Shown: positions 8,308 to 17,476, numbered from the stretch's first letter. The stretch: DNA of 32,000 nt from Kiritimatiellia bacterium (GCA_050942875.1 JBMNOD010000006.1:28609-60608); one strand, 5' to 3'. Numbers and translations are program-made. Notes: generated by a model not told the origin, from the sequence alone.

Positions 8308-8410
8308 CTTCACGGCGTTCAGGCGAATGGCGACACGCGGCGAGGACGCCGCGTCCACTTTGCTCTGCGTACTTGATTGCCTGGAACATCGCAAGCCGGG
8401 TCGCGGGGTG

Positions 8411-8503
8411 GGACGAGCGTCGCTCGTCCGTTCGTGCGGACAAGCAGACGCTTGTCCCGCTCATGCGAAAGGCAAACTCCGGCGGACAAGCAGACGCTTG
8501 TCC
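8411..8503. repeat. cluster of GGAC...GTCC palindromic hairpins
   Basis: The cluster holds ggacgagcg-t-cgctcgtcc (8411-8429) and ggacaagc-agac-gcttgtcc, the latter twice (8438-8457 and 8484-8503). Confidence 0.85.
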
Positions 8504-8815
8504 CGAGCTTCGCGCCAAGGGACTGCCGTTCAAGGGCTTGTCGACGGCGTCGACGTCAAGCCACCCATCCCGTCCACTGCGTCCACAAAGTCCACTCCGC
8601 CCCCCATCCACCAAACCAAAGATTCCCCCCTTGGCGTCCTTGGCGAGCTTGGCGTGAGGTTTTTCACGCAAAGAACACAAAGTGCGCAAAGTTCTTTTCA
8701 ACTACGAAAAAGGAGTCGCAGTTGGTGGGCGGCGGGGTGGACGCTCTGCCACCCGCCATAATCTCGAAGTTTTTTCAAGATTATAGTGGTGTAGGTGCGG
8801 ACGCTGGGGCGCTTA

Positions 8816-8948
8816 GTTCGCCCATCATGAGCCGTGTCGGTCGTACACGTTCGCGTTCGCGTTCGCGTACCCGTTCACGGTACAGTCATTTTTCGTGTAC
8901 GGGTACGTGAACCGCTTCGCTGGGTACGGGGACGTGAACGTCCGGAAG
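8816..8948. repeat. repeat module A, copy 2 (with a (cgttcg)x3 insertion at 8848-8865)
   Basis: This is a direct repeat of 7902-8008 and differs mainly by the hexamer array. Confidence 0.85.
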
Positions 8949-8992
8949 GCGGGCATTGTGTGAACCAGTCGCCATGCAGACGAAGCGGCTAG

Positions 8993-9147
8993 CCGGGACG
9001 GCGTCGCCCCACCTTCCATCCATCCGCCATAATCTGGAATTTTCTTCCAGATTAAAGCAAGTGGGGAGGAATATAACGGGGCACGGGTTTTCCAACCCGT
9101 GAATGCACCCACGGACAGGAATGTCCGTGCCCCTGTTTCCGAGGCGC
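8993..9147. repeat. repeat module B, copy 2
   Basis: This is a direct repeat of 8154-8307. Differences are concentrated in the linker between the two inner hairpins (gtggacgaccacgg versus gtgaatgcacccacgg). Confidence 0.9.
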
Positions 9148-9156
9148 ACCGCGCTG

Positions 9157-9245
9157 GGGCGCGGGCGACAAAAACGCGGCGGGGACGCCGCGTCCACAGG
9201 AGGAGGGCGCGGGCGACAAAAACGCGGCGGGGACGCCGCGTCCAC
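9157..9245. repeat. tandem 41-bp unit x2 (gggcgcgggcgacaaaaacgcggcggggacgccgcgtccac)
   Basis: The units lie at 9157-9197 and 9205-9245. Each ends in the palindrome GGACGC-C-GCGTCC. Confidence 0.9.
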
Positions 9246-9346
9246 TTTGCTGCGCTGAAATCAATGATCCGACTGAACTAACCCCTGGCCGCTTCTCATC
9301 GACAAAGCCGCCCTTGGACCCGGGCTCGGCGTCGATGGCGTCGGTG

Positions 9347-9410
9347 ACGTCGACAAAGCTCTTTCGACAAAGCTGCCCTCCGGCACACTAGCGACTAGCC
9401 ACTAGCGACT
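9347..9410. repeat. composite repeat (CGACAAAG x2 plus a CTAGCGA heptamer array), inverted partner of 17192-17270
   Basis: The reverse complement reads agtcgctagtggctagtcgctagtgtgcc..ggcagctttgtcgaaagagctttgtcgac. This resembles 17192-17270. Confidence 0.7.
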
Positions 9411-9552
9411 GGTAATCGGTCAAGTCAATCCATAGTCGGCGAATGTCCGACCTCCCCGAACGACCATTTCCGCAGGTTGCGGATGGGCGGGTGATTTGAT
9501 AGACTAGGCCGTGAACAACATCGAAGGAACGTGACCAAGGAAAGGCTGGCCG

Positions 9553-10902
9553 ATGAGCGCATTCAAAGCATACGACATCCGGGGAATCTGGAAGAAGGAC
9601 TTCGACGCGAAGACCGTCTACCGGATCGGGCGCGAACTGCCCGGGCTGCTCGGCGCGGACAAGGTGCTCGTGGGGCGCGACGCGCGAACCAGCTCGCCGG
9701 AAATCTTCGAGGCGCTGTCGCGCGGCATCGTGGACGCCGGCGCCGACGTCCACGACCTCGGACTTTGCACCACGCCGACCACCTACTACTTCACCGGGCT
9801 GCTCGACTACCCCGCCGCCGTGATGATCACCGCCTCGCACAACGGCCCCGAATACAACGGCCTCAAAATCTCCAAGCGCGGCGCCCTGCCCGTCGGCGCC
9901 GACTCCGGCCTGAAGGAACTCGAACGCCTGATCCAGGGGCCGGAACGCGCGCCGGCCAAGAAACGCGGCACCATCTCCCTGTTCGAACGGCACGGCGACT
10001 ACCTGGACTTCCTCAAAAGCCGCCTGCCGGACCTCGCGGGGCTCAAGGCCGTCGTGGACTGCTCCTGCGGCATGGCCTCCGTCTTCGCGCCCGACCTCTT
10101 CAAGGGCGCCGACGTCGAGATGATGTACCGCACCCTCGACGGCACGTTCGCGAACCATTCGCCGAACCCGCTCCTCCCGGAATCCTCCAAGGCCATGCGG
10201 CGGCGCGTCGTGGAAAGCGGCGCGAACCTGGGCGTGATCTTCGACGGCGACGCCGACCGCGTGATCTTCTCAGACGAACAGGGGCGCTTCGTGCGGCCCG
10301 ACCTGATCACGGCGCTGCTGGCGAACCACTACCTCGAACAGGAGCCCGGCGCCTCGGTGCTCTGCGACATCCGCACCTCGCGCGGCGTCACGGAGGAGAT
10401 CGCGCGCCTCGGCGGCGTCCCGCACCTCTGGAAGGTCGGCCATGCGTTCGCCAAGATCAAGCTGCGCGAAATCAACGCCATCGTCGGCGGCGAGCTGGCG
10501 GGGCACTACTACTTCCGCGAATTCTTCTCCTGCGACGCGGCGATCCTCTGCGCCGAGATCGTCATGGGCGTCGTGGCGCGCGCCGCGCGCCAGGGGCGGA
10601 CGTTCTCGGATCTGCTGGCCGGCATCGACATCTACGCGAACACCGGCGAATGCAACTACGCGATCGCCCGCAAGGCCGAGGCCATGCAGGCGCTGGCCGA
10701 CTGGGCGGAATCGATCGGAACGCCCTCCCGGAAATACGATTTCGACGGGCTTCGCTTCGAGTGGCCCGACTGGTGGTTCAACGTGCGCCCCTCCAACACC
10801 GAGCCCTACCTGCGGCTCATCGCCGAAGCCGACTCCCCCGAGCGGCTGGCGCGCAAAAAGGCGCAGATCGACGCCATCCTGGAAACATTCATAGATAAAT
10901 AA
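9553..10902 (+). CDS. phosphomannomutase/phosphoglucomutase (alpha-D-phosphohexomutase family)
   Basis: It carries the active-site loop TASHNGPEYNG, the Mg-binding motif FDGDADR and the sugar-binding loop GGELAGHYYF. Length is 449 aa. Confidence 0.9.
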   Translation: MSAFKAYDIRGIWKKDFDAKTVYRIGRELPGLLGADKVLVGRDARTSSPEIFEALSRGIVDAGADVHDLGLCTTPTTYYFTGLLDYPAAVMITASHNGPEYNGLKISKRGALPVGADSGLKELERLIQGPERAPAKKRGTISLFERHGDYLDFLKSRLPDLAGLKAVVDCSCGMASVFAPDLFKGADVEMMYRTLDGTFANHSPNPLLPESSKAMRRRVVESGANLGVIFDGDADRVIFSDEQGRFVRPDLITALLANHYLEQEPGASVLCDIRTSRGVTEEIARLGGVPHLWKVGHAFAKIKLREINAIVGGELAGHYYFREFFSCDAAILCAEIVMGVVARAARQGRTFSDLLAGIDIYANTGECNYAIARKAEAMQALADWAESIGTPSRKYDFDGLRFEWPDWWFNVRPSNTEPYLRLIAEADSPERLARKKAQIDAILETFIDK

Positions 10903-10923
10903 GGATAAACAAGGAAATCGACC

Positions 10924-11421
10924 ATGAACGAAAATGAAGTCATTGTCCGACAAGCGCTGTTCACGGACGTGCGCGCGATCTACAAGCTGATCAAAGGCAA
11001 CACCGACATGCTGGTGCCTCGCTCGATGAGCGACGTCGTGCAGAACATCGACCGCTTTCTCGTGGCGGAAAGCGGCGGCGAGCTTGTCGGGGCGATCGCC
11101 TACGAGTTCCTGCCGGAGATCGGTTCGCCGGAGCGTACCTCCGTCGAATTGCAGTCGGTCTGTGTCAAGGATGGCTGGCGCGATCGCGGCATTGGGCAAA
11201 TGCTGGTGCGCAAGCAGATCGAACGGCTCCTCCCGCTCAAGCCCTGGCAACTTGTGGTGCTGACCTTTGCGGAGAAATTCTTCGAAAAGCTCGGCTTCCA
11301 CACCGTGCCGAAAGAGACGATGATGCACAAGATCTACATGGGCTGCATCAACTGCACCAAACACGAATCCCCCTTCACCTGCCCGGAAGTGGCCATGGTG
11401 ATGCCAATCGAAAACCGCTAA
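10924..11421 (+). CDS. GNAT family N-acetyltransferase
   Basis: It is 165 aa and has acetyl-CoA motif A (VCVKDGWRDRGIGQMLV). An AAGGAAA RBS precedes the ATG. Confidence 0.8.
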   Translation: MNENEVIVRQALFTDVRAIYKLIKGNTDMLVPRSMSDVVQNIDRFLVAESGGELVGAIAYEFLPEIGSPERTSVELQSVCVKDGWRDRGIGQMLVRKQIERLLPLKPWQLVVLTFAEKFFEKLGFHTVPKETMMHKIYMGCINCTKHESPFTCPEVAMVMPIENR

Positions 11422-11474
11422 GACGAGAGCCACAATGGCAAAACGGGTGACGGCGGCACCTGAAGTAGAATATC

Positions 11475-13373
11475 ATGAAGACGGCAACAATGAATTGCGG
11501 CGCTCCTCGGCGCCGACGCGCAAGCGCAGCCCTCGGACTGGCGATGGCGGCGATCCTCGCCGGCGTCGCCGTCGGCGGCTGCCGATCAGCCGGCGACTGG
11601 CGCGAGGCGGCGGACAGGAAGGCCGCCGGAGTGCTCGCCGCGGCGCAGCGCGACACCACGGGCCGCGAGGAGCCCGTGCAAATCGAGACGCCCGCACAGA
11701 CGCTCCGGCGCAGGCTTCTGCTCGACCAGGGGCTCGCCACGTTCAACGAGGCGTCGCTGGGCATCCGCGACTTGTCCACGAACGCGTATTGGAACGGCGC
11801 CGAGCGGCTCCGGGCCAGCGACCGCGACGACAGCCTCCCGCTCGGCACGAACCGCGTGCTCACCATCGGCCTCAAGGACGCCGTGCAGATCGCCGCCCGC
11901 GGCAGCCGCGACTACCAGGAGCGCAAGGAAGCGCTCTACACGGCGGCGCTCGGCCTCGACCTGGAGAATCAGAATTTTCGCACAACCTTCACGGGCATGA
12001 TGAACGCGGCCGTCGACAGCGCCGAGTCGGAAGGCGACCGCAAGGCGAGCCGGCGCGAATCCGCCAAGGCCGGCGCGAAGAGGACGTTCGCCGACGGCAC
12101 CCAGGTCTCGAGCGCCATCGCCGTCGATCTCGCCGGGATGCTCTCGGGGGAAGGCTCGTCGTCCTGGGGCCTGCTGGCCGACGCCAGCATCTCCATCCCG
12201 CTGATGCGCGGCTCGGGGCGGCTCGTCAACATGGAGTCGCTCACCCAGGCGCAGCGCAACCTCGTCTACGCCGTCCGCGAGTTCGAGCAGTACAAGCGCG
12301 AGTTCATGGTCGGCGTCGCCAGCTCGTACCTCAACGTGCTGCTGAGCAAGCGCACGCTCGTGAACGAGGAGGAGAACTACAAGCGCGTGATCGTCTCGAC
12401 GCGCCGCTCGCGCCGGATGGCCGACGCCAACCGCATGTCGCCCGCCGACTTCGACCAGTCGCGCCAGAGCGAGCTGAGCGCGCGCAACAGCTGGATCGGC
12501 GCGTTCGAATCCTACGAGGCGAGCCTCGAAGCGTTCAAGGGGCGGCTCGGGCTGCCGCCCGACGCCCGGATCGACCTCGACGAGCAGGACTTGCATGAGC
12601 TCCAGGCCTACGTCGAGCGCTTCGCCAAGACGGAGCTGGGCGAGTACGACGTCGGCGAGCCCAACGCGCCGCTCGTCCTGGAGCGCCCAAAATCCGTGGA
12701 CGAAGCAGGCGCGCTCAAGGACCAGGTCGATCGCGCGATCGCGATCGCCGTCGAAAACCGGCTCGACTTCCGCTCCCACATCGACCGCATCGAGGACGCG
12801 CAGCGGAAGGTGCTCGTCGCCGAGGACGCCCTGCGCGCCGAGGTCACCCTCGGCGCTCGCGCGGCGGCCGGCGAGTCGGCGAGCGTGGACTCCGGCCGGA
12901 AGGGCCGATTCCGCCTCGGCGAAGCCACGCTCGGCGGCCTGCTCTCCATCGACCTGCCGTTCGAACGCACGGCGGAGCGCAACGCCTACCGCGCGAGCCT
13001 CATCCAGCTCGAAGGCGCCGTCCGCGCCTACCAGGCGGCGGAGGACGCGCTCAAGGAATCGGTGCGCACCGCCATCCGCTCGCTGCGCGAGACGCGCGAG
13101 CAGCTCAAAATCCAGCACCTGGCCGTCTCGCTCGCCGAACGGCGCGTCCGCAACCAGGATCTGCTCCTGCAGGCGGGGCGCGCGGAAATGCGCGACGTCC
13201 TCGAAGCCCAGGCCGCGCTGCTCTCCGCGCAAAACGCCTTGTTCAGCGCGATCCGAAGCTACCGCGTCAAGGAGCTCGAGCTCCAAAGGGAACTGGGCCT
13301 TCTCGAAGTGACCATCGACGGCGTCTGGCGCGAACCGGACATGCAAGCGCTGGGCGTCGGAAACGAATTTTAG
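11475..13373 (+). CDS. TolC-family outer-membrane efflux factor (lipoprotein type)
   Basis: It is 632 aa with a signal peptide and lipobox (LAGVAVGGC). Repeated coiled-coil/OEP-like halves are present. It sits directly upstream of an adaptor and ABC genes. Confidence 0.8.
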   Translation: MKTATMNCGAPRRRRASAALGLAMAAILAGVAVGGCRSAGDWREAADRKAAGVLAAAQRDTTGREEPVQIETPAQTLRRRLLLDQGLATFNEASLGIRDLSTNAYWNGAERLRASDRDDSLPLGTNRVLTIGLKDAVQIAARGSRDYQERKEALYTAALGLDLENQNFRTTFTGMMNAAVDSAESEGDRKASRRESAKAGAKRTFADGTQVSSAIAVDLAGMLSGEGSSSWGLLADASISIPLMRGSGRLVNMESLTQAQRNLVYAVREFEQYKREFMVGVASSYLNVLLSKRTLVNEEENYKRVIVSTRRSRRMADANRMSPADFDQSRQSELSARNSWIGAFESYEASLEAFKGRLGLPPDARIDLDEQDLHELQAYVERFAKTELGEYDVGEPNAPLVLERPKSVDEAGALKDQVDRAIAIAVENRLDFRSHIDRIEDAQRKVLVAEDALRAEVTLGARAAAGESASVDSGRKGRFRLGEATLGGLLSIDLPFERTAERNAYRASLIQLEGAVRAYQAAEDALKESVRTAIRSLRETREQLKIQHLAVSLAERRVRNQDLLLQAGRAEMRDVLEAQAALLSAQNALFSAIRSYRVKELELQRELGLLEVTIDGVWREPDMQALGVGNEF

Positions 13374-13383
13374 GAAGACGACA

Positions 13384-15189
13384 ATGAAGACAAAGTCAAA
13401 ACGGAAATTAGGAAAGACCGTGGCGGCGATCGCCGTCCTCGCGGCGATCGGCATCGCCTACGCAACGCTCAACGGCAATCGGTCGGCAAAGGCCCAAACC
13501 GACGACAGCCTCTACGCGCCCGTCCGCGAAGGGCCGCTGGTGATCAACATCCTCGAGGCGGGATCCATCAAGCCGCGCGAGCAGATCATCATCAAAAGCG
13601 AGGTCGAGGGCGCCAACGCCCTCCTCTACATCGTCCCCGAAGGCACGCGCGTCCAAAAGGACCAGATCCTCGTGGAGCTGGACGTGTCGTCCCTGACCGA
13701 CCGCCGCGTCGAGCAGGACATCGAAGTCCAGAACAACGAGGCCGCCTTCATCAACGCCAAGGAAAACCTTGAAATCGTCAAGAACCAGGCCAAGTCGGAC
13801 GTCGAGCTCGCCGAGCTGAAGCACAGCTTCGCCGAAGAGGACCTCGTCAAGTACCGCGACGGCGAGTACCCCAACCAGCTCAACGACACGCTTGCGAGCG
13901 TCACGCTCGCCGAAGAGGAGCTTGAGCGGGCGAAGGACAAGTACGAGTGGTCCAAGAAGCTCTTCGACGAAAGCTACCTCTCCGAGACCGAGCTCAAGAG
14001 CGACGAACTTTCCTGGAAGCGCGCCGAGCTGAGCGTCAAGACGGCCAAGGGCAGCCTCGACCTGCTCCAGCGCTACACCAACAAGCGCCAGATCGCCCAG
14101 CTCGAAAGCGACGTCAGGCAGGCCCGCATGGCGCTCGAGCGCACCCGCAGCAGGGCGGCCTCCGACATCGTCCAGGCCGAAGCCTCCCTGCGGGCCCGCG
14201 AAATGGGGTTCATCCGCCAGCGCGAGCGGCTGGACAAGATCGACGAGCAGATCGCCAAGGCGCGCATCCTCGCGCCGATGGACGGGCTCGTCATCTACGC
14301 CACCAGCGCCAACAACCGCTGGGGCAACTTGCAGCCCCTGACGGAAGGCCAGGAGGTGCGCGAGCGCCAGGAGCTCATCTACCTGCCCACGGCCGACACG
14401 TTCAACGCCGAAATCGACATCCACGAAAGCAACTTGAAGAAGGTCTATCCCGGCCTGCCCGTGCGCCTGCGCGTCAACGCCGTGCCCGGACGCGTCTTCC
14501 TCGGCAAGGTGTCGAAAATCTCCTTGCTGCCGGACGCCCAGCGCATGTGGGCCAACCCCGACTTGAAGGTCTACAAAACCAGCATCGAGATCGAAGGCGG
14601 CGGCGACGTGCTCAAGTCCGGCATGAACTGCGAGGCGGAAATCATCGTCGAGCAGCACGCCAGCGCCCTCTACGTGCCCATCCAGTGCGTCGCCCGCGTG
14701 GACAAGACGCCCGCCGTCTGGGTCAAGACGCCCAGCGGCCCCGAAATCCGCCACGTCGAAATCGGCCTCGACAACAACCGGTTCGTGCGCATCGTTTCCG
14801 GCCTCGACGTCGGCGAGGAAGTCCTGCTCGCCCCGCCGCTGTCGGAATCGGTCGCGACGGACGCCATCGAAGTGATCCCCGACGTGGAAATCCCCTCGCT
14901 GGAAGACTACCAGCGCCGCGCCGAGGCCGAACGCCTCGCCACGCTCGAACACGAAGGCGAGAGCCGAACCGAAGGCGGCGAACGCCGTCGCCCCGACCGC
15001 CGCGAACGCCCGCCCAAGCGCGACGGCGAGGCCAAGGCCCCCGCCTCCGCAACACCAGCGGCTTCCACCCCCCCGCAGACAGGGCTCTCCGCCGTGGAGG
15101 AAGCCCGCCGCGCCGCCAGCGCCGTCGTGGAAAAACGACGCGAGCGCGAGACGACGGCCCAGGCCGATTCAACCCCGAAAGCCGAATGA
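13384..15189 (+). CDS. HlyD/MacA-type periplasmic adaptor with a charged low-complexity C-terminal tail
   Basis: It is 601 aa with an N-terminal membrane anchor, a long coiled-coil hairpin and beta-barrel motifs (ILAPMDGLV). The tail is rich in R, E, P and A. Confidence 0.85.
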   Translation: MKTKSKRKLGKTVAAIAVLAAIGIAYATLNGNRSAKAQTDDSLYAPVREGPLVINILEAGSIKPREQIIIKSEVEGANALLYIVPEGTRVQKDQILVELDVSSLTDRRVEQDIEVQNNEAAFINAKENLEIVKNQAKSDVELAELKHSFAEEDLVKYRDGEYPNQLNDTLASVTLAEEELERAKDKYEWSKKLFDESYLSETELKSDELSWKRAELSVKTAKGSLDLLQRYTNKRQIAQLESDVRQARMALERTRSRAASDIVQAEASLRAREMGFIRQRERLDKIDEQIAKARILAPMDGLVIYATSANNRWGNLQPLTEGQEVRERQELIYLPTADTFNAEIDIHESNLKKVYPGLPVRLRVNAVPGRVFLGKVSKISLLPDAQRMWANPDLKVYKTSIEIEGGGDVLKSGMNCEAEIIVEQHASALYVPIQCVARVDKTPAVWVKTPSGPEIRHVEIGLDNNRFVRIVSGLDVGEEVLLAPPLSESVATDAIEVIPDVEIPSLEDYQRRAEAERLATLEHEGESRTEGGERRRPDRRERPPKRDGEAKAPASATPAASTPPQTGLSAVEEARRAASAVVEKRRERETTAQADSTPKAE

Positions 15190-15217
15190 TCGAAACGCAA
15201 AACAGGACGAACATGCC

Positions 15218-15907
15218 ATGAGCCAGCCCAACGAAAGCGCAGTCCGCTTCGAAAACCTCTGCAAGGTCTACGAAATGGGCGACCAGAAAGTCCACGCGCT
15301 TGCCGGCGTCTCCGCCCAATTCGAGAAAGGCAGCTTCTGGGCCATCATGGGCCCCAGCGGATCGGGCAAGAGCACGATGCTCAACATCCTCGGATGCCTC
15401 GACCGCCCCACGTCCGGCGCCTACCACCTCGACGGACGCGACGTCAGCGCGCTCGACGACGACGACCTCAGCGACATCCGCCTCAAGCACATCGGCTTCA
15501 TCTTCCAGAGCTTCAACCTCATCCCGCAGCTCACCGTGGCCGAGAACATCGAGCTGCCGCTCTACTACCAGGGCGTGGACTCCGCCACCAGCGCCGCCGT
15601 CGCACGACGGTTCGCCGGCGTCGTCGGCCTCGAAGATCGCCTCGGCCACAAGCCGACGGAGCTCTCCGGCGGCCAGCAGCAGCGCGTCGCCATCGCCCGC
15701 GCCATGGCCACCGACCCCGTCCTGCTGCTCGCCGACGAACCCACCGGCAACCTCGACAGCAAGACGAGCGCCGAGATCATGGAACTGCTGGTGGCGATGA
15801 ACCAAAGCGGCAAGACGATCGTCATGGTCACCCACGAGCCCGACGTCGCCGCCTACGCGCAGAGCCGGATGATCATGAAGGACGGACGAATCGACCACGT
15901 GGAGTGA
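15218..15907 (+). CDS. ABC transporter ATP-binding protein (MacB/LolD-type)
   Basis: It has Walker [10 protein letters not shown], signature [14 protein letters not shown] and Walker [13 protein letters not shown]. Confidence 0.95.
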   Translation: MSQPNESAVRFENLCKVYEMGDQKVHALAGVSAQFEKGSFWAIMGPSGSGKSTMLNILGCLDRPTSGAYHLDGRDVSALDDDDLSDIRLKHIGFIFQSFNLIPQLTVAENIELPLYYQGVDSATSAAVARRFAGVVGLEDRLGHKPTELSGGQQQRVAIARAMATDPVLLLADEPTGNLDSKTSAEIMELLVAMNQSGKTIVMVTHEPDVAAYAQSRMIMKDGRIDHVE

Positions 15908-15911
15908 CGCG

Positions 15912-17186
15912 ATGAAATTCAACACCACCCGCCTGAAGCGCGACTTCCAGCTCGGCGTCAAGAACCTGATGCTCCACAAGCTCCGATCCCTGCTCACCAT
16001 GCTCGGCCTCGTCTTCGGCGTCGGCAGCGTGATCGCCATGCTCGCCATCGGCGAAGGCGCCAGCCAGGAGGCCATGGACCAGATCCGCAAGCTCGGCAGC
16101 CGCAACATCATCATCTCCTCCCAGAAGCCCGTCGAGGACAGCGGCTCGGCGCAGAGCAACGTGCGCGTCAGCATCTACGGCCTGCTCTACGAAGACCTCG
16201 AACGCATCGCCCAGACCATCCCCACCGTCGTCGCCACCGTGCCCGTCAAATCGCTCCAGCAGCAGGCGCGCCTCGGACGCCGCGAGCAGGAATTGCGCAT
16301 CGTGGGCACCACGGATCGCTGGTTCGAGCTTGTCGAGCGCGACGTCGTCGCCGGCCGCGTCATGAACGCGCGCGACGTGGAATCCGCCGCCTCGGTCGTC
16401 GTGCTCACCGAATTCGGCGCACGCCGCCTGCTCGCGACCGAATCGGCGATCGGACGCCAGATCCGCATCGCCGGCAAGGCCTACGAGATCATCGGCATCG
16501 TCCAGAGCGAAGACACCAGCGCCGGCGGCATGCAGACGCCCGACCGCCAGACGGACGCCTACATCCCCCTCTCCACCGCCCGCCAGCACTACGGCGACGT
16601 CTTCTTCCAGCGCAAGCAAGGCACCAACATCCGCGAAATGGTGGAGCTGCACCAGCTCATCGTCAGCGTCGGCAACGAAGCCGAAGTCGAGCCCGCGGCC
16701 GTCGCGATCGAGCACGTGCTCGAACGCTTCCACAAGAAGAAGGACTACGAGATCAGCGTCCCCCTCGCCCTGCTCCGCCAGGCCGAAGCCACGAAGCGCA
16801 CGTTCGCCATCGTGCTTGGCTCCATCGCCGGCATCAGCCTGCTCGTCGGCGGCATCGGCATCATGAACATCATGCTCGCGACCGTCACCGAACGCACCCG
16901 CGAAATCGGCATCCGCCGCGCCATTGGCGCCCGCCGCTCGCAGATCGTCTCCCAGTTCCTCATCGAAACGATCGTCCTCTCGCTCAGCGGCGGCGTCATC
17001 GGCATCGGCGTCGGCCTCTTCATCCCGTGGCTCGTCACCGCCTTTGCGAAGATGCCCACCGTCGTGACGCTCCACAGCATCGTCCTCTCGCTCGGCATCA
17101 GCGTCAGCGTCGGCATCGTCTTCGGCATCTACCCCGCCCGCCGCGCCGCCCGCCTCGACCCCATCGAAGCGCTCCGCAGGGAATAG
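15912..17186 (+). CDS. ABC transporter permease (MacB periplasmic domain plus FtsX domain)
   Basis: It is 424 aa with an N-terminal TM, a large periplasmic domain and a C-terminal FtsX-like 3-TM region (GGIGIMNIMLATVTERTREIGIRRAIGA). Confidence 0.9.
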   Translation: MKFNTTRLKRDFQLGVKNLMLHKLRSLLTMLGLVFGVGSVIAMLAIGEGASQEAMDQIRKLGSRNIIISSQKPVEDSGSAQSNVRVSIYGLLYEDLERIAQTIPTVVATVPVKSLQQQARLGRREQELRIVGTTDRWFELVERDVVAGRVMNARDVESAASVVVLTEFGARRLLATESAIGRQIRIAGKAYEIIGIVQSEDTSAGGMQTPDRQTDAYIPLSTARQHYGDVFFQRKQGTNIREMVELHQLIVSVGNEAEVEPAAVAIEHVLERFHKKKDYEISVPLALLRQAEATKRTFAIVLGSIAGISLLVGGIGIMNIMLATVTERTREIGIRRAIGARRSQIVSQFLIETIVLSLSGGVIGIGVGLFIPWLVTAFAKMPTVVTLHSIVLSLGISVSVGIVFGIYPARRAARLDPIEALRRE

Positions 17187-17191
17187 AACTC

Positions 17192-17270
17192 AGCGGCTAG
17201 CGGCCAGCGGCTAGCGGCTAGTGCCAAAGGCGAGCTTTGTCGAAAGCTTTGTCGCAAAACTTTGTCGACC
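17192..17270. repeat. composite repeat: AGCGGCT heptamer array (17192-17221) plus CTTTGTCG x3 (17235-17267)
   Basis: It begins 6 nt after the permease stop. It is the inverted partner of 9347-9410. Confidence 0.75.
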
Positions 17271-17300
17271 TGTCGTGGCGGCTTCGCCGAGTTGTTTTCT

Positions 17301-17476
17301 TCCCACGAATCTCCGCGAATGGAAGGCAGTTTTTCCCGGTCTTCGACCGTCGTTAATCACTGAAAAACTGCCTTCCTTGCTGGATGCGTGGTTTGTACCA
17401 CAGGGGGGAATGTTGAGCGATGAGCGACGGCCGCAGGCCGACAACATTCCCCTCTGCTTCGCGGAGATTCGTGGGA
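17301..17476. other. 176-nt three-way-junction inverted-repeat element (MITE-like or ncRNA candidate)
   Basis: The outer 19-bp inverted repeat is perfect (17301-17319 / 17458-17476). Inner hairpin 1 has a 15-bp perfect stem (17321-17335 / 17362-17376) and a 26-nt loop. Inner hairpin 2 has an 11-13-bp stem (17403-17415 / 17442-17454) and a 26-nt loop. Confidence 0.8.

Noticed and set aside
8154-9147. Diversity-generating retroelement (template/variable repeat pair) or retron msr/msd, suggested by the 150-bp near-identical repeats and nested stems.
   Set aside because: There is no reverse transcriptase gene in the window. The differences between copies are clustered indels and substitutions in one linker, not adenine-specific changes. 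The repeats are not inside a coding region.
8122-9281. ORFs of 60-207 aa across the repeat field (8138-8761, 8213-8701, 8377-8910, 8886-9245 and others), and 22149-22709 in the second repeat patch.
   Set aside because: They run straight through palindromes and duplicated modules on both strands. They have no RBS or start context and their translations are Arg/Pro/Ser-rich. I treat them as non-coding.
7870-9410. Possible CRISPR array, because of the many short repeats.
   Set aside because: There is no single repeat of constant length alternating with unique spacers of constant length. The repeats are heterogeneous modules and palindromes. No cas genes are present in the window.
9388-17075. 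Very long ORFs antisense to or out of frame with the core genes, for example 10270-11433(-), 11586-13454(-), 13408-14952(-), 14723-16174(-), 15873-17075(-), 11435-12598(+) and 13947-15221(+).
   Set aside because: Their translations are Arg/Ala/Gly/Pro/His-rich low-complexity strings without motifs. They overlap genes with strong family signatures. This is the usual stop-codon-poor artefact of high-GC DNA.
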